NCBI GenBank assembly: GCA_965219685.1 | Contig: CBDCOH010000002.1 | Location: 2,624,001 to 2,688,000, forward strand | Length of the DNA: 64,000 nt | Direction of reading: 5' to 3' | DNA from: Candidatus Spongiisociaceae bacterium | GTDB lineage: Bacteria; Actinomycetota; Acidimicrobiia; Spongiisociales; Spongiisociaceae | In this document: piece by piece, positions 47,786 through 57,547 of the stretch | Layout: each line of letters begins with the position of its first letter | How positions within the stretch are numbered: the stretch's first letter is position 1 | The notes under the pieces: model-generated | Database searches by the model: none | What the model was told of the DNA's origin: nothing | What the model saw: only the letters and a program-made list of their open reading frames with translations | Position numbers and translations under genes: made by a program

Positions 47786-48412
47786 TCATTCCTCTGCCTG
47801 GTCCTCCGCGGCCGTCTCCTCCGTCCTCGCGGCTTCGTATCCGACCGCGACGAGGCTGGCCCGGATCACACGCCCGTTGAGCGTGTACCCACGACGCCAC
47901 TCGGCCTCCACGACCATCGTGCCGCTCCCCTCGCCCATCTGGGCCGCTTCGTGGACGTTAGGGTCGAACACCTCGCCCAACGCCTCGATCGGCTCCAGTC
48001 CCTCTCTCGCCAGGGTCGACAGCAGCAGGTCGCGGGTACCTGTCAAACCTCGGCGGATGCTCTCATCGGAGGAGGTCTGGGTATCCATGGCCATAGCCGC
48101 GTCGAGGCTGTCGAGCACCGGAAGCAGCCGGCCCAGGACACGCCCCGACGCGCGGTCGATCATCGCCGCCTGGTCACGTTGGGCGCGCTTGCGGTAGTTG
48201 TCGAACTCGGCCACCGATCGCTTCCACTTGTCGATTGCCTCCGCGGCGGCCGCGCGTGTCGCCAGCAGTTCACCTACCAGCAGCGCAATCGCCTCGTCGG
48301 GATCCTCGGGCAACTCGAACGCCGGTACCGCCCCTGCGGACTCCTCCGCCGCGCCGCCGTCCTCGTCCTCGGCGATGCCTTCCTCGATCATCTCGCCGTG
48401 CTCGCCGGTCAC
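47786..48412 (-). CDS. grpE: Nucleotide exchange factor GrpE
   Basis: AEFDNYRKR, FDPNVHEA, GYTL..RVIR; GTG 48412 with GGAGG SD. Confidence 0.93.
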   Translation of the reverse strand: MTGEHGEMIEEGIAEDEDGGAAEESAGAVPAFELPEDPDEAIALLVGELLATRAAAAEAIDKWKRSVAEFDNYRKRAQRDQAAMIDRASGRVLGRLLPVLDSLDAAMAMDTQTSSDESIRRGLTGTRDLLLSTLAREGLEPIEALGEVFDPNVHEAAQMGEGSGTMVVEAEWRRGYTLNGRVIRASLVAVGYEAARTEETAAEDQAEE

Positions 48413-48440
48413 GGGTCCTCCCTGCCTCCGCGACCGGACA

Positions 48441-50279
48441 TCACCGGTCCTCCTCGTCGTCGATGATCTCCGCCTCGACGATGTCCTCGGAGTCGTCCAT
48501 GCCGCCAACCGGGCCGGCGCCTGCCTCCCCTTGCTCGGAGGCCTGGGAGGCGTACATCTTCTGGGCCAGGACCTGGGATGCCCGGAATGTGTCCTCGATC
48601 TTCGACTGGATGTCCTCAGCAGTGGCCGACTCGTCTTCCGCGGCACTCCGCAGGTCCGACAGGGCGGAATCTATGCCGGCCCGTTCGTCCTCGTCGAGTT
48701 GGTCGCCGTGCTCCTCGAGCAGCTTCTCGGTCTGGTTGACGACCTGGTCGGCCTGGTTGCGGGTGTCCGCCAGCTCCCGTCTCTTGGCATCCTCCTCCGC
48801 GTAGCGCTCGGCGTCCTCGACCATGCGCTCGATCTCGTCCTGGGACAGAGCGGTCCCGCCGGTGATGGTCATGGCCTGCTCCCTCCCGGTGCCCAGATCC
48901 TTGGCGTTCACCGAGACGATCCCGTTCGCGTCGATGTCGAAGCTCACCTCGATCTGGGGCATGCCCATCGGGGCCGGAGGGATCCCGGTGAGATTGAACC
49001 TGCCCAGGCTCTTGTTGTCGTGGGCCATGGGACGCTCTCCCTGCAGTACGTGGATCTCCACCTCGGGCTGGTTGTGGGCAGCGGTGGTGAATATCTCGGT
49101 CCGCTTGGTGGGAATGGTCGTGTTCCTCTCGATCATCTTTGTCATCACGGCGCCCTTGGTCTCGATCCCGAGGGTGAGCGGTGTCACATCGAGCAGGAGG
49201 ATGTCCTTGACGTCGCCCGTCAGGACCCCTGCCTGCAGGGCGGCGCCGGATGCCACCACCTCGTCGGGATTGACACCCCTGTGCGGGTCCTTACCGGTCA
49301 GCTCCCTCACGAGATCCTGGATGGCAGGCATGCGCGTGGAGCCACCGACCAGGACGACATGGTCTATCCCCGCAGTCGTCACGCCTGCGTCTGCGATGGC
49401 CCGCCTGAACGGTCCCTTGGTCCGGTCGACCAGGTGCTCGGTCATCTTCTGGAACTCCGAACGGGTCAACTGCTTCTGCAGGTGCAACGGCCCCGCCGAG
49501 GTGGCGGTTATGAAGGGCAGGTTCAGGTCGGTCTCGGGAATCGTGCTGAGCTCGATCTTTGCCTTCTCGGCTGCTTCCTTGAGGCGCTGGACAGCCATCC
49601 GGTCGGATCCCAGGTCCACCCCGGTCTCCGTCTTGAACTCGGCGACGAGCCAGTCGATGATCTCCTGGTCCCAGTCGTCCCCGCCCAGCTGCGTGTCCCC
49701 GCTGGTGGACTTGACCTCGAACACGCCCTCCCCGATCTCGAGGATGGAGACGTCGAACGTGCCTCCCCCGAGATCGAAGACGAGGATGGTCTGGTCGGAC
49801 TCCTCCTTGTCGAGCCCGTAGGCCAGCGCGGCTGCGGTGGGCTCGTTGACGATGCGCAGCACGTCGAGGCCGGCGATCTGGCCGGCCTCCTTGGTGGCCT
49901 GGCGCTGGGCGTCGTTGAAGTAGGCGGGCACCGTCACCACCGCCGAGGTGACATCGCTGCCCAGGTAGGACTCGGCGTCCCGCTTGAGCTTCATCAGTAT
50001 CCGGGCCGAGACCTCCTGGGCGGTATACCGCTTGCGGTCCGCGCGGGCCGACCAGTCGGTGCCCATGTGACGCTTGACCGACCGGATCGTGTTGTCGGGA
50101 TTCGTGATCGCCTGGCGTTTTGCAACCTCGCCCACCATCACGTCCCCGTCCTTGAAGGCAACCACCGACGGGGTGGTGCGCCCACCCTCCGCGTTGGCGA
50201 CCACAGTCGGCTCACCACCCTCGAGCACAGCTATGACGCTGTTGGTGGTACCCAGATCGATTCCGACGGCCTTGGCCAT
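48441..50279 (-). CDS. dnaK: Chaperone DnaK
   Basis: [31 protein letters not shown]. Confidence 0.98.
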   Translation of the reverse strand: MAKAVGIDLGTTNSVIAVLEGGEPTVVANAEGGRTTPSVVAFKDGDVMVGEVAKRQAITNPDNTIRSVKRHMGTDWSARADRKRYTAQEVSARILMKLKRDAESYLGSDVTSAVVTVPAYFNDAQRQATKEAGQIAGLDVLRIVNEPTAAALAYGLDKEESDQTILVFDLGGGTFDVSILEIGEGVFEVKSTSGDTQLGGDDWDQEIIDWLVAEFKTETGVDLGSDRMAVQRLKEAAEKAKIELSTIPETDLNLPFITATSAGPLHLQKQLTRSEFQKMTEHLVDRTKGPFRRAIADAGVTTAGIDHVVLVGGSTRMPAIQDLVRELTGKDPHRGVNPDEVVASGAALQAGVLTGDVKDILLLDVTPLTLGIETKGAVMTKMIERNTTIPTKRTEIFTTAAHNQPEVEIHVLQGERPMAHDNKSLGRFNLTGIPPAPMGMPQIEVSFDIDANGIVSVNAKDLGTGREQAMTITGGTALSQDEIERMVEDAERYAEEDAKRRELADTRNQADQVVNQTEKLLEEHGDQLDEDERAGIDSALSDLRSAAEDESATAEDIQSKIEDTFRASQVLAQKMYASQASEQGEAGAGPVGGMDDSEDIVEAEIIDDEEDR

Positions 50280-50297
50280 ACGACTCTCCTTCTTGCT

Positions 50298-50357
50298 CTT
50301 GAGTCAGGTAATTCTCAGTGTATCCGTTAGGTATAACCTGAGTCGCACCTTATCATA
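50298..50357. promoter_or_regulatory. HAIR-like HspR operators upstream of dnaK
   Basis: CTTGAGT (50298) and CCTGAGT (50337) half-sites with degenerate right halves, against the CTTGAGT-N7-ACTCAAG consensus. Confidence 0.6.
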
Positions 50358-50615
50358 TTCCCTCCTAATCACCTACTTCTTGACCACGGCTGCGGCCGAC
50401 TCTCGCGGGTGCGCGGTCGTCGCGTCCTGGTGGCAATCGGCCGTCTGTAGACCAGACCGGATCGAGCAGGTAGCCCAAACAGCGGCTACGCATCGTGGCT
50501 TGCGTCCGCCGGCGCGCTGGCCTTCATCCCCCGGTAGGACTACGGTCAGGTGGAGCGGCCGCGACGCGCAGCAAGCGCGCACCGGGCCCGGCGATTCGGC
50601 TCTCACGGAGCAATC

Positions 50616-51830
50616 TTGATAATCCTCGCTAACGGCAAGACGAAGGTGGTCTCCCAGCGGACCGACACCACAGATGCACTGTGGGTCCGGATGGACGAAC
50701 TGCCCCGAGCCACCGGTTGGCAGATGAAGCCCGAAGGCGCTTGCCTGGGCGAGTTGTGCGTGCCGCTTCCCGCGTATAAGCGCGACGCGTGGATCGCCGA
50801 CGCCGACGGCTGGGTGTGGTTCTGCTACTCGGAATTCGCGGACATGATCGGCCAGAAGCATGTCCGCGACGGCGACGTATGGAGCCTCGGGTCGGTACCC
50901 GAGGTACGTCGTGTAGGGCTGGAGTCGGCGATAGCGCCCGACTTCGAAGTGGCCGAGCGCAACGGCAACAGGTTGCGGCTCTCCGACTTGCGGGGTCGCA
51001 AGGTCGTGCTGTTCACGTGGTCATCTTGGTGAGGCTGCCGCCTTAGCCTGCCGGACTGGCAGGACCTGTACGAATCCATCGGTCCGGACCGGTTCGAGTT
51101 GATCAGCGTTGCGCAGGACTCGGGTGGCCCCGAGGCTGCCGACAGGTGGTTTGACCGGGCGTCGCCGACCTACCGGTGCGTGGTCGACCCCACGCATCAG
51201 ATCAGCTCGCTGTTCGGCTGGGTGAACGTGCCGTCGGCAGCCTGGATCGACGAGGAAGGGCACATCGTCCGCAGCAATGAAGGGGTGTACCCCGCCAAGA
51301 CGACCATCAGGTTCGGCCTCGGCAAAGTCCGGCTGGGTGGCGATGCATTCGCCCGGGCGACCCGCGACTGGATCGAGCGGGGCGCCGGCAGCGAGCACGT
51401 CTGGTCGACCGAACAACTAGCCGAGCGGCTCAAGCCCGTCGACGACGACACACGGCTGGCAGAGGCAACGTTCAAGCTGGCGTTGCACTTCGAGGCGGTG
51501 GGCGACGACGCGGGTGCACGGCGGCACTTCGCCGCGGCGCAGGATCTGGCCCCCGACAACTGGAACTACCTGCGGCAGGGATGGACGAACAAGGGCGCGG
51601 CCTACGCCAACCTGAAGGTACTCACACGAACGAACTACCTCCGCAAGAACTCCGACAAGAGCTACTACGACCCCATGGAGTTACCCGGCGAGAACTACCA
51701 GCGCTTTACCGAGCCCGAGTGGCTGTGGACACCTGCCGTCCGCCGACTCAAGCAACTGCTCGGCCGCCAGGAGGCTGGACACCCGCGGAAGGGGCCAGGA
51801 CACGACGGCACCTCTTCGCCCCGGCCCTGA
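50616..51830 (+). CDS. ResA/TlpA-like thioredoxin-fold selenoprotein (W-U-G-C); Sec at TGA 51030-51032
   Basis: Track ORFs 50550..51032 and 51099..51830 are in frame: ...APDF...LSDLRGRKVVLFTWSSW-U-GCRLSLPDWQDLY...ELISVAQD...NVP..AWIDE.G.IVR; TTG start with GGAG SD. Confidence 0.88.
51047..51063 (+). promoter_or_regulatory. Bacterial SECIS-like hairpin
   Basis: CCTGCC-GGACT-GGCAGG; G-leading loop about 21 nt 3' of the UGA. Confidence 0.7.
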
Positions 51831-51839
51831 GGTAAGGGG

Positions 51840-52319
51840 TCAGATCTCCCGGTGCCTCCGGCTGGAGATGACGCCGGTGTCGAAACCGGCCAGATTGAGA
51901 CGGCCCGAGAAGCGGGCGTGCTCGATTTTCAGGCAGCGGTCCTGGACCACCTCGAGTCCGGCGTCCATGGCCGTCCGGGCAGCCTCGTCGTGGCGGAGGC
52001 CCAACTGGAACCAGACCACCTTCGCCCCGATCGCGATAGCCTCGTCGACCACTCCCGGCAGCGCCGAATGCTTCCGGAATATGTCCACGATGTCGGGAAC
52101 CTCGGGAAGCGCGGCCAGCGAGGGATAGCACTTCAACCCCAGGATCTCGTCGTACATCGGATTGACCGGATAGACCCTGAGATGCGTCCTTATGATGTAG
52201 GTCGCGACGAAGTTGGAAGCTCGCAACTCGTTGCCCGACACACCGACCAGGGCGACCGACTCGGCCTCACGGATGATTCGCAGACGCGTCCGGGGATCGG
52301 CTTCCAGCACTCTGCTCAT
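51840..52319 (-). CDS. CoA-binding protein (YccU-like)
   Basis: VALVGVS, YPVNP, DIVDIFR, VWFQLG, DRCLKIEH. Confidence 0.9.
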   Translation of the reverse strand: MSRVLEADPRTRLRIIREAESVALVGVSGNELRASNFVATYIIRTHLRVYPVNPMYDEILGLKCYPSLAALPEVPDIVDIFRKHSALPGVVDEAIAIGAKVVWFQLGLRHDEAARTAMDAGLEVVQDRCLKIEHARFSGRLNLAGFDTGVISSRRHREI

Positions 52320-53599
52320 GATCCGCTCCCCAATGCCTGGTCGAGATCCCAGATTATGTCCTCTATGTTCTCCAGCCCGACTGAGATCCGGATCATGTCG
52401 GTCCCGACCCCTGCGGCGTCCCGTTCCTCGGGGGGTACCTGCTGGTGGGTGGTGCTGGCGGGATGGATCACCAGCGTCTTGGCGTCACCTACGTTGGCGA
52501 GGTGGCTGGCCAGCTCCACCCGTTTGATGAACGACACCCCCGCCTCGTACCCGCCGGCGATCCCGAAGGTGAACACCGCCCCCGGCCCGGCCGGCACGTA
52601 CTTGCGGGCCAGGTCGTAGGACCCGTGGGATGGAAGACCGGGGTAGGAGACCCATGAGATCCGTTGGTCGTTATCGAGGAACTCCGCCACCGCCTGGGCG
52701 TTGGCTACATGCCGTTCCATGCGTATCGAGAGCGTCTCCAGCCCCATCAGAAGCAGGAACGAACTGAACGGTGAAAGAACCGAGCCCACGTCACGAAGCA
52801 GTTCCATCCGGGCCTTCATCAGGTAGGCGTACTCCCTGAAGTTCTCCCAGAACCGGAGGTTGTGGTAGGCCGGCGATGGCTCGACGATGGCGGGGAAGCG
52901 CCCGTTGTCCCACGGGAACAGACCATTCTCGACGATGACCCCGGCGATCACGGTTCCATGCCCGCCGATGAACTTGGTAGCCGAATGCACCACGACGTCC
53001 GCCCCGTGCTCGATAGGGCGGCACAGGGCCGGCGAGGCGAAGGTGCTGTCGACGATCAACGGCAGGCCATAGGAATGGGCGAGGTCGGCGATGGCCTCGA
53101 TGTCCAGGATGTCGCCGCCCGGATTCCCGATCGTCTCGCCGTAGACCAACCGGGTCCGGTCGGTAATGGCAGCCTCGATCGCGTCCGTGTCGTTGGTGTC
53201 CACGAAGGTGGTGTCGATGCCCATGCGCCGCAGCGTCACGTCGAACTGGGTGAACGTCCCTCCGTACAGAGCACGGTTGGCGATTATGTGGTCACCCGCC
53301 TCGCATACGGTGAGTATCGAGAGCAACTGGGCAGACATACCCGAAGCGGTGGCGAGGCCGCCCAGCCCACCCTCGAGGGAGGCCATACGCTCCTCGAACG
53401 CGGCGTTGGTGGGGTTGCTGATGCGGGTGTAGATGTTGCCGAAACTCTGGAGCGCGAACAGGTCGGCCGCGTACTGCGGATCGTCGAACACGTAGGAGGT
53501 GGTCTGGTAGATGGGCATGGCGCGCGAACCTGTCTCCGGATCCGGCCTCTGGCCGGCGTGGATCGACCGCGTGTCGAAGCCGAACGTGTGCTTGCTCAT
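52316..53599 (-). CDS. metY: O-acetylhomoserine sulfhydrylase
   Basis: PIYQTTSY, GNIYTRISNPT, HSATKFIGGHG, HLANVGDAK; start trimmed to MSKHTF. Confidence 0.93.
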   Translation of the reverse strand: MSKHTFGFDTRSIHAGQRPDPETGSRAMPIYQTTSYVFDDPQYAADLFALQSFGNIYTRISNPTNAAFEERMASLEGGLGGLATASGMSAQLLSILTVCEAGDHIIANRALYGGTFTQFDVTLRRMGIDTTFVDTNDTDAIEAAITDRTRLVYGETIGNPGGDILDIEAIADLAHSYGLPLIVDSTFASPALCRPIEHGADVVVHSATKFIGGHGTVIAGVIVENGLFPWDNGRFPAIVEPSPAYHNLRFWENFREYAYLMKARMELLRDVGSVLSPFSSFLLLMGLETLSIRMERHVANAQAVAEFLDNDQRISWVSYPGLPSHGSYDLARKYVPAGPGAVFTFGIAGGYEAGVSFIKRVELASHLANVGDAKTLVIHPASTTHQQVPPEERDAAGVGTDMIRISVGLENIEDIIWDLDQALGSGS

Positions 53600-53640
53600 G
53601 ACCACCTGCTCGTCGCGTGTCTGGAGGGAGTTCCCCATGG

Positions 53641-54810
53641 TCAACAGGGGAATCCCCATTCGGATTCCAGATGATACCGGAGATGAGGCTCGAAAAGGTG
53701 GGGTTCTAGCAGGAACGCGTCGTGGCCCTTCTCGGAGTGGACGGTGATCCAGTTGAAGGGGATCCCGGCCGCCTTCAGTTCCTCGGTCAGCTCCTCCTGC
53801 TCGCCCCGGTAGTAGCACACGTCCGAGTCGATCGAGAACACCAGGTACTCGTGGGAACCACCCGCCAGCATCTCGGGCATGGCGACCTCCCTCCGCGCGG
53901 CCTCGGCGTACAGGTCGAAGTCCTGCCAGGCCCACATGGTTCGCAGGTAGGCGTTGGCGTCGAAGCGCTTGACGAACTTCTGACCCTGGTGCCACATGTA
54001 GCTCTCGAGGGGAAGGCGAACCCGCTCGTCCTCACCGGGAGCCACTTCGTCCCTGGCCCGCTCCCTCATCTGGCCCAGCGAGACGAAGGTCTTGTGACCG
54101 ATCATCCGGGCGAGGGCCAGACCCTGGTTGGGCGGCGGACCTTCGTAGTAGTCGCCGCCGTTGAAGTTCGGGTCGTTGTATATAGCGTTGATCTGCTCGA
54201 AGTCGTGGATGATGTGCAGCGCGGTGGCGCGTAGCCCGGCCGCGATCGGCACTACGAAGCGGACCCGGTCCGGGTAGCGGGTGGCGACATCGAGGCACAT
54301 CATGCCTCCCACGCTTCCACCGACTACGGCGTGGAGGCGCTCGATCCCCAGTTCGTCGAGAAGCTCGAAATGCGCCCTCACGGTGTCCGCGGCCGACACG
54401 CGCGGGAAGGACCCGCCATAACGCTTGCCGGTGACCGGGTCGATACTTGCGGGACCGGTCGAGCCGTAGCAATGCCCGACCCAGTTGGCGCAGATCACCG
54501 CGAACTTGTCGGTGTTGAGCGAGCGGCGGGGGCCGATGAACGCATCCCACCAACCGAGCTGCATCTGCTCGGTCCATCGCCCATCGGTACCGGGAACGGA
54601 CGGGTTGTAGCCCGCGGCATGATGGCTTCCCGTGAGGGCGTGGAACAGGAGGATGGCGTTGTCCCGGGCCTCGTTCAGTTCCCCGTACACCTCGTAGGCG
54701 AGCGTGACCTCCGGCAGTGTCGCGCCGCTGTCGAAACAGAACGGCTCCTGCTTACTGCCGAACGTGAAGAATCGAGTTTCCACCTGGCCTACGCCGTCGC
54801 TCATGTCCAT
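53641..54810 (-). CDS. metX: Homoserine O-acetyltransferase
   Basis: HALTG, GWWD..IGP, GSTGP, GGSVGGM, RFDAN, GHDAFL. Confidence 0.9.
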   Translation of the reverse strand: MDMSDGVGQVETRFFTFGSKQEPFCFDSGATLPEVTLAYEVYGELNEARDNAILLFHALTGSHHAAGYNPSVPGTDGRWTEQMQLGWWDAFIGPRRSLNTDKFAVICANWVGHCYGSTGPASIDPVTGKRYGGSFPRVSAADTVRAHFELLDELGIERLHAVVGGSVGGMMCLDVATRYPDRVRFVVPIAAGLRATALHIIHDFEQINAIYNDPNFNGGDYYEGPPPNQGLALARMIGHKTFVSLGQMRERARDEVAPGEDERVRLPLESYMWHQGQKFVKRFDANAYLRTMWAWQDFDLYAEAARREVAMPEMLAGGSHEYLVFSIDSDVCYYRGEQEELTEELKAAGIPFNWITVHSEKGHDAFLLEPHLFEPHLRYHLESEWGFPC

Positions 54811-54949
54811 TCCAGAGTTGTAGACGCCGGTCCCAACGATATCAAGGAATCCGGGGTCCACGATCCGGCGATCCGGCGGCCGGGCGGATCCTGGATTCGT
54901 CATCGCCTGCCCGCGTTCTACGTCACGGTCGGCGAGTACGATCCGGGGG

Positions 54950-56737
54950 GTGGAGTACCAGGCGCTCTACCGCAAGTACCGACCCGGACGCTTCGATGAG
55001 GTCATAGGACAGGACCACGTCACCCACACCCTGGCGAGGGAGATCGTCGAGGGTCGGGTTGCCCACGCCTACCTGTTCGCCGGCCCCCGGGGAACGGGCA
55101 AGACGACCACTGCCCGGCTGGTCGCCAAGTCCCTCAACTGCCCGCATAGGGAGAAGCAGGGAGAGCCCTGCGGGACATGCGCCTCCTGCACGGCCGTAAC
55201 GGGTTCTTACTCGATGGACGTGATGGAGCTCGACGCGGCCTCCCACAACAAGGTCGAAGACGTCCGTGACCTGCGGGCGAGCGTGTCCACGGTCGCCTCG
55301 GTGGGAGGCGCCAAGCGGGTGTTCATCCTCGACGAGGCCCACATGCTCACCAAGTCGGCCAGCAATGCCCTGCTGAAGACGCTGGAAGAACCCCCCGACC
55401 ACGTTCATTTCGTGCTGGCCACCACGGAGCCCTACCGCCTGCTCGACACCATACGTTCCCGTAGCCAGCGATTCGACTTCCATCTGATCCCCACCGAGCT
55501 GATCGCCGAACACCTCAGACGGATATCCGGGGCGGAGGGGTACCGCGCATCGCCGGAGGCATTGCTGGAGGTGGCCAGGAGGGCGGCCGGATCTGTACGA
55601 GACGCGCTGAGCCTGCTCGAACAGGTGGCGGCCCTCGACGGATCGGTCACCCGCGAGGGCATCCGGGACGCGCTCGGCGTTGCCGGCCCGGACGCCATAC
55701 CGACCCTCGTGAAGGCGGTCATCGAGTCGGACGCCCGCCTCGCCCTCGAGTTGATCGCAGGCCTGGCCGCGAGCGGAGTGGACCTGCGACGGTTCGCCGG
55801 CGACGCCATGGGGTTCTTCCGCGGTGTCTTCCTGACCATGTACACCCCCAACGTTCAGGGCATCAGCGACGAGCCGGCCGAGGTATTGGAAGGATGGCGG
55901 GAAGCTTCGCGGAGGCTCCCGAGTTCCACCGCCATGCGCGCCATCGATCTCCTGGGCGAAGCCCTGGTAAGGCTGCGGGAGGGCCGCGAGGAGCGGATGA
56001 TGCTGGAGTTGGCGGTCTTGAAGCTGGTCCGCCCCGAACTGGATACCGACAGCGAAGCCCTCCTGAATCGTATCGAGAGGCTGGAGCGCCGTCTCTCCCG
56101 GGCTCAGCCTGCTCCGGAGCCGCCGTCTGCAGAGGCCCCGCCACCGCGGGCTGACGAGACCCTGCCGCGCCCTACACCTCGGGAGATGCCGACCCCGGAA
56201 CCGCCCGTTCAGGAGGTTGTGGCCGAAGAGCCGGCAATCGACGGCCCGCCCGGGGCCGGGGACCGGACGGCCGCGGCGGGCGCCGCGCCCCTACCTGACG
56301 CATCCGGTGGCACGACCGATGCGTCTCCGACCGCGGCCGAACTCGACCGTATCTGGCCGCAACTCGTAGCCGGCGTCAGGGATGAGATGGGCGTCGTCCG
56401 GGGGGCACTGTTCCGCGACGCCATACCCGGTGGCGTGGAGGGCTCCACGCTCGTGTTCACGATACCGGCCGGGCTCGACTTCCATCTCCAGAAGCTGTCA
56501 TCCGACCGCGGCCTCCACAGCTACCTGGCCGACCTCGCGGAGAGATTGCTGGGCAAGCGCGTGGAAGTGTCCTTCCGGGCAGCCGAGGACCGGACGCGCG
56601 GACCGGTACCGATCGCGGACCTGCCGATGGAGCCCTTGCCCGACAAGGAGTCCCTGCCGGAGGCGCCTCCCACCAGTACGGACGCGCTCTCGCTCCTCGA
56701 GAAGACCTTCGGGGCGACGGTGGTCGAAGAGGATTGA
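54950..56737 (+). CDS. dnaX: DNA polymerase III gamma/tau
   Basis: YQALYRKYRP, GPRGTGKT, DEAHML, LKTLEEPP. Confidence 0.96.
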   Translation: MEYQALYRKYRPGRFDEVIGQDHVTHTLAREIVEGRVAHAYLFAGPRGTGKTTTARLVAKSLNCPHREKQGEPCGTCASCTAVTGSYSMDVMELDAASHNKVEDVRDLRASVSTVASVGGAKRVFILDEAHMLTKSASNALLKTLEEPPDHVHFVLATTEPYRLLDTIRSRSQRFDFHLIPTELIAEHLRRISGAEGYRASPEALLEVARRAAGSVRDALSLLEQVAALDGSVTREGIRDALGVAGPDAIPTLVKAVIESDARLALELIAGLAASGVDLRRFAGDAMGFFRGVFLTMYTPNVQGISDEPAEVLEGWREASRRLPSSTAMRAIDLLGEALVRLREGREERMMLELAVLKLVRPELDTDSEALLNRIERLERRLSRAQPAPEPPSAEAPPPRADETLPRPTPREMPTPEPPVQEVVAEEPAIDGPPGAGDRTAAAGAAPLPDASGGTTDASPTAAELDRIWPQLVAGVRDEMGVVRGALFRDAIPGGVEGSTLVFTIPAGLDFHLQKLSSDRGLHSYLADLAERLLGKRVEVSFRAAEDRTRGPVPIADLPMEPLPDKESLPEAPPTSTDALSLLEKTFGATVVEED

Positions 56738-56809
56738 GGGCCCGGTAGAAGGCCGCCCGGCACGGGTAATCACGGCCCTGACCCGACCCGCAGCTACGCT
56801 GGAAACCTG

Positions 56810-57403
56810 ATGTTCGAGAGGCCCGTACAGCGACTGATCGACGAGTTGACCAGGCTACCGGGAGTTGGCCGCAAATCGGCCCAGCGTCTTGCCTTCCACC
56901 TGCTCAACGTCGACGAAGCCGACGCACACTGCCTGGCGCAGGCAATCGTCGACCTGCGCGAGCAAACCACGTTCTGTTCCCGCTGCTACAACGTGACGTC
57001 CGGTGTCGAATGCTCCATCTGCGCGGATCCTCGCCGCGACCCTGCCGTGATATGCGTGGTCGAGCGGCCCCAGGACATCGCGGTGATAGAGCGGACCCGC
57101 GAGTTCAAGGGCCGGTACCACGTCCTGGGCGGGGCGCTGTCCCCCATCGACGGGGTCGGACCGGCCCAGCTACGGATAGAGGAACTCCGCAGCCGCATCC
57201 CGGCGGAGTCGATCACCGAGATGATCATCGCAACCAACCCGACCATCGAGGGAGACACCACCGCCATGTACCTGGCCCGCCGCTTCAAACCGCTCGGCGT
57301 AACGGTCACGCGTCCCGCCAGCGGCCTCCCGGTGGGGGGTGACATGGACTACGCGGACGAGATCACCCTCGGGCGGGCCCTCACGGGCCGGCGGGAACTC
57401 TGA
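56810..57403 (+). CDS. recR: Recombination protein RecR
   Basis: [12 protein letters not shown]4 zinc finger, YHVLGG, Toprim domain. Confidence 0.97.
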   Translation: MFERPVQRLIDELTRLPGVGRKSAQRLAFHLLNVDEADAHCLAQAIVDLREQTTFCSRCYNVTSGVECSICADPRRDPAVICVVERPQDIAVIERTREFKGRYHVLGGALSPIDGVGPAQLRIEELRSRIPAESITEMIIATNPTIEGDTTAMYLARRFKPLGVTVTRPASGLPVGGDMDYADEITLGRALTGRREL

Positions 57404-57540
57404 GTGGTGAGTGGTGAATGGTGAATGGTGAATGGTGAATGGTGAATGGTGAATGGTGAATGGTGAATGGTGAATGGTACATTATACGTATAACTCTTCT
57501 CAACGGCTATCAGCACCAGCCACTAGCCACCAGCCACCAA
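57401..57540 (+). repeat. Heptamer microsatellite (TGAGTGG)2(TGAATGG)9, 33-nt spacer, CAGCCAC-type units
   Basis: Directly visible; begins at the recR TGA stop. Confidence 0.92.
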
Positions 57541-57547
57541 GGACACA

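Noticed and set aside
54811-54949. SAM riboswitch upstream of metX-metY
   Set aside because: Only a short GGATCC-based inverted repeat is present; I could not match SAM-I/IV conserved elements.
54950-56737. Programmed frameshift in dnaX producing gamma
   Set aside because: No A-AAA-AAG heptamer or poly-A tract was seen.
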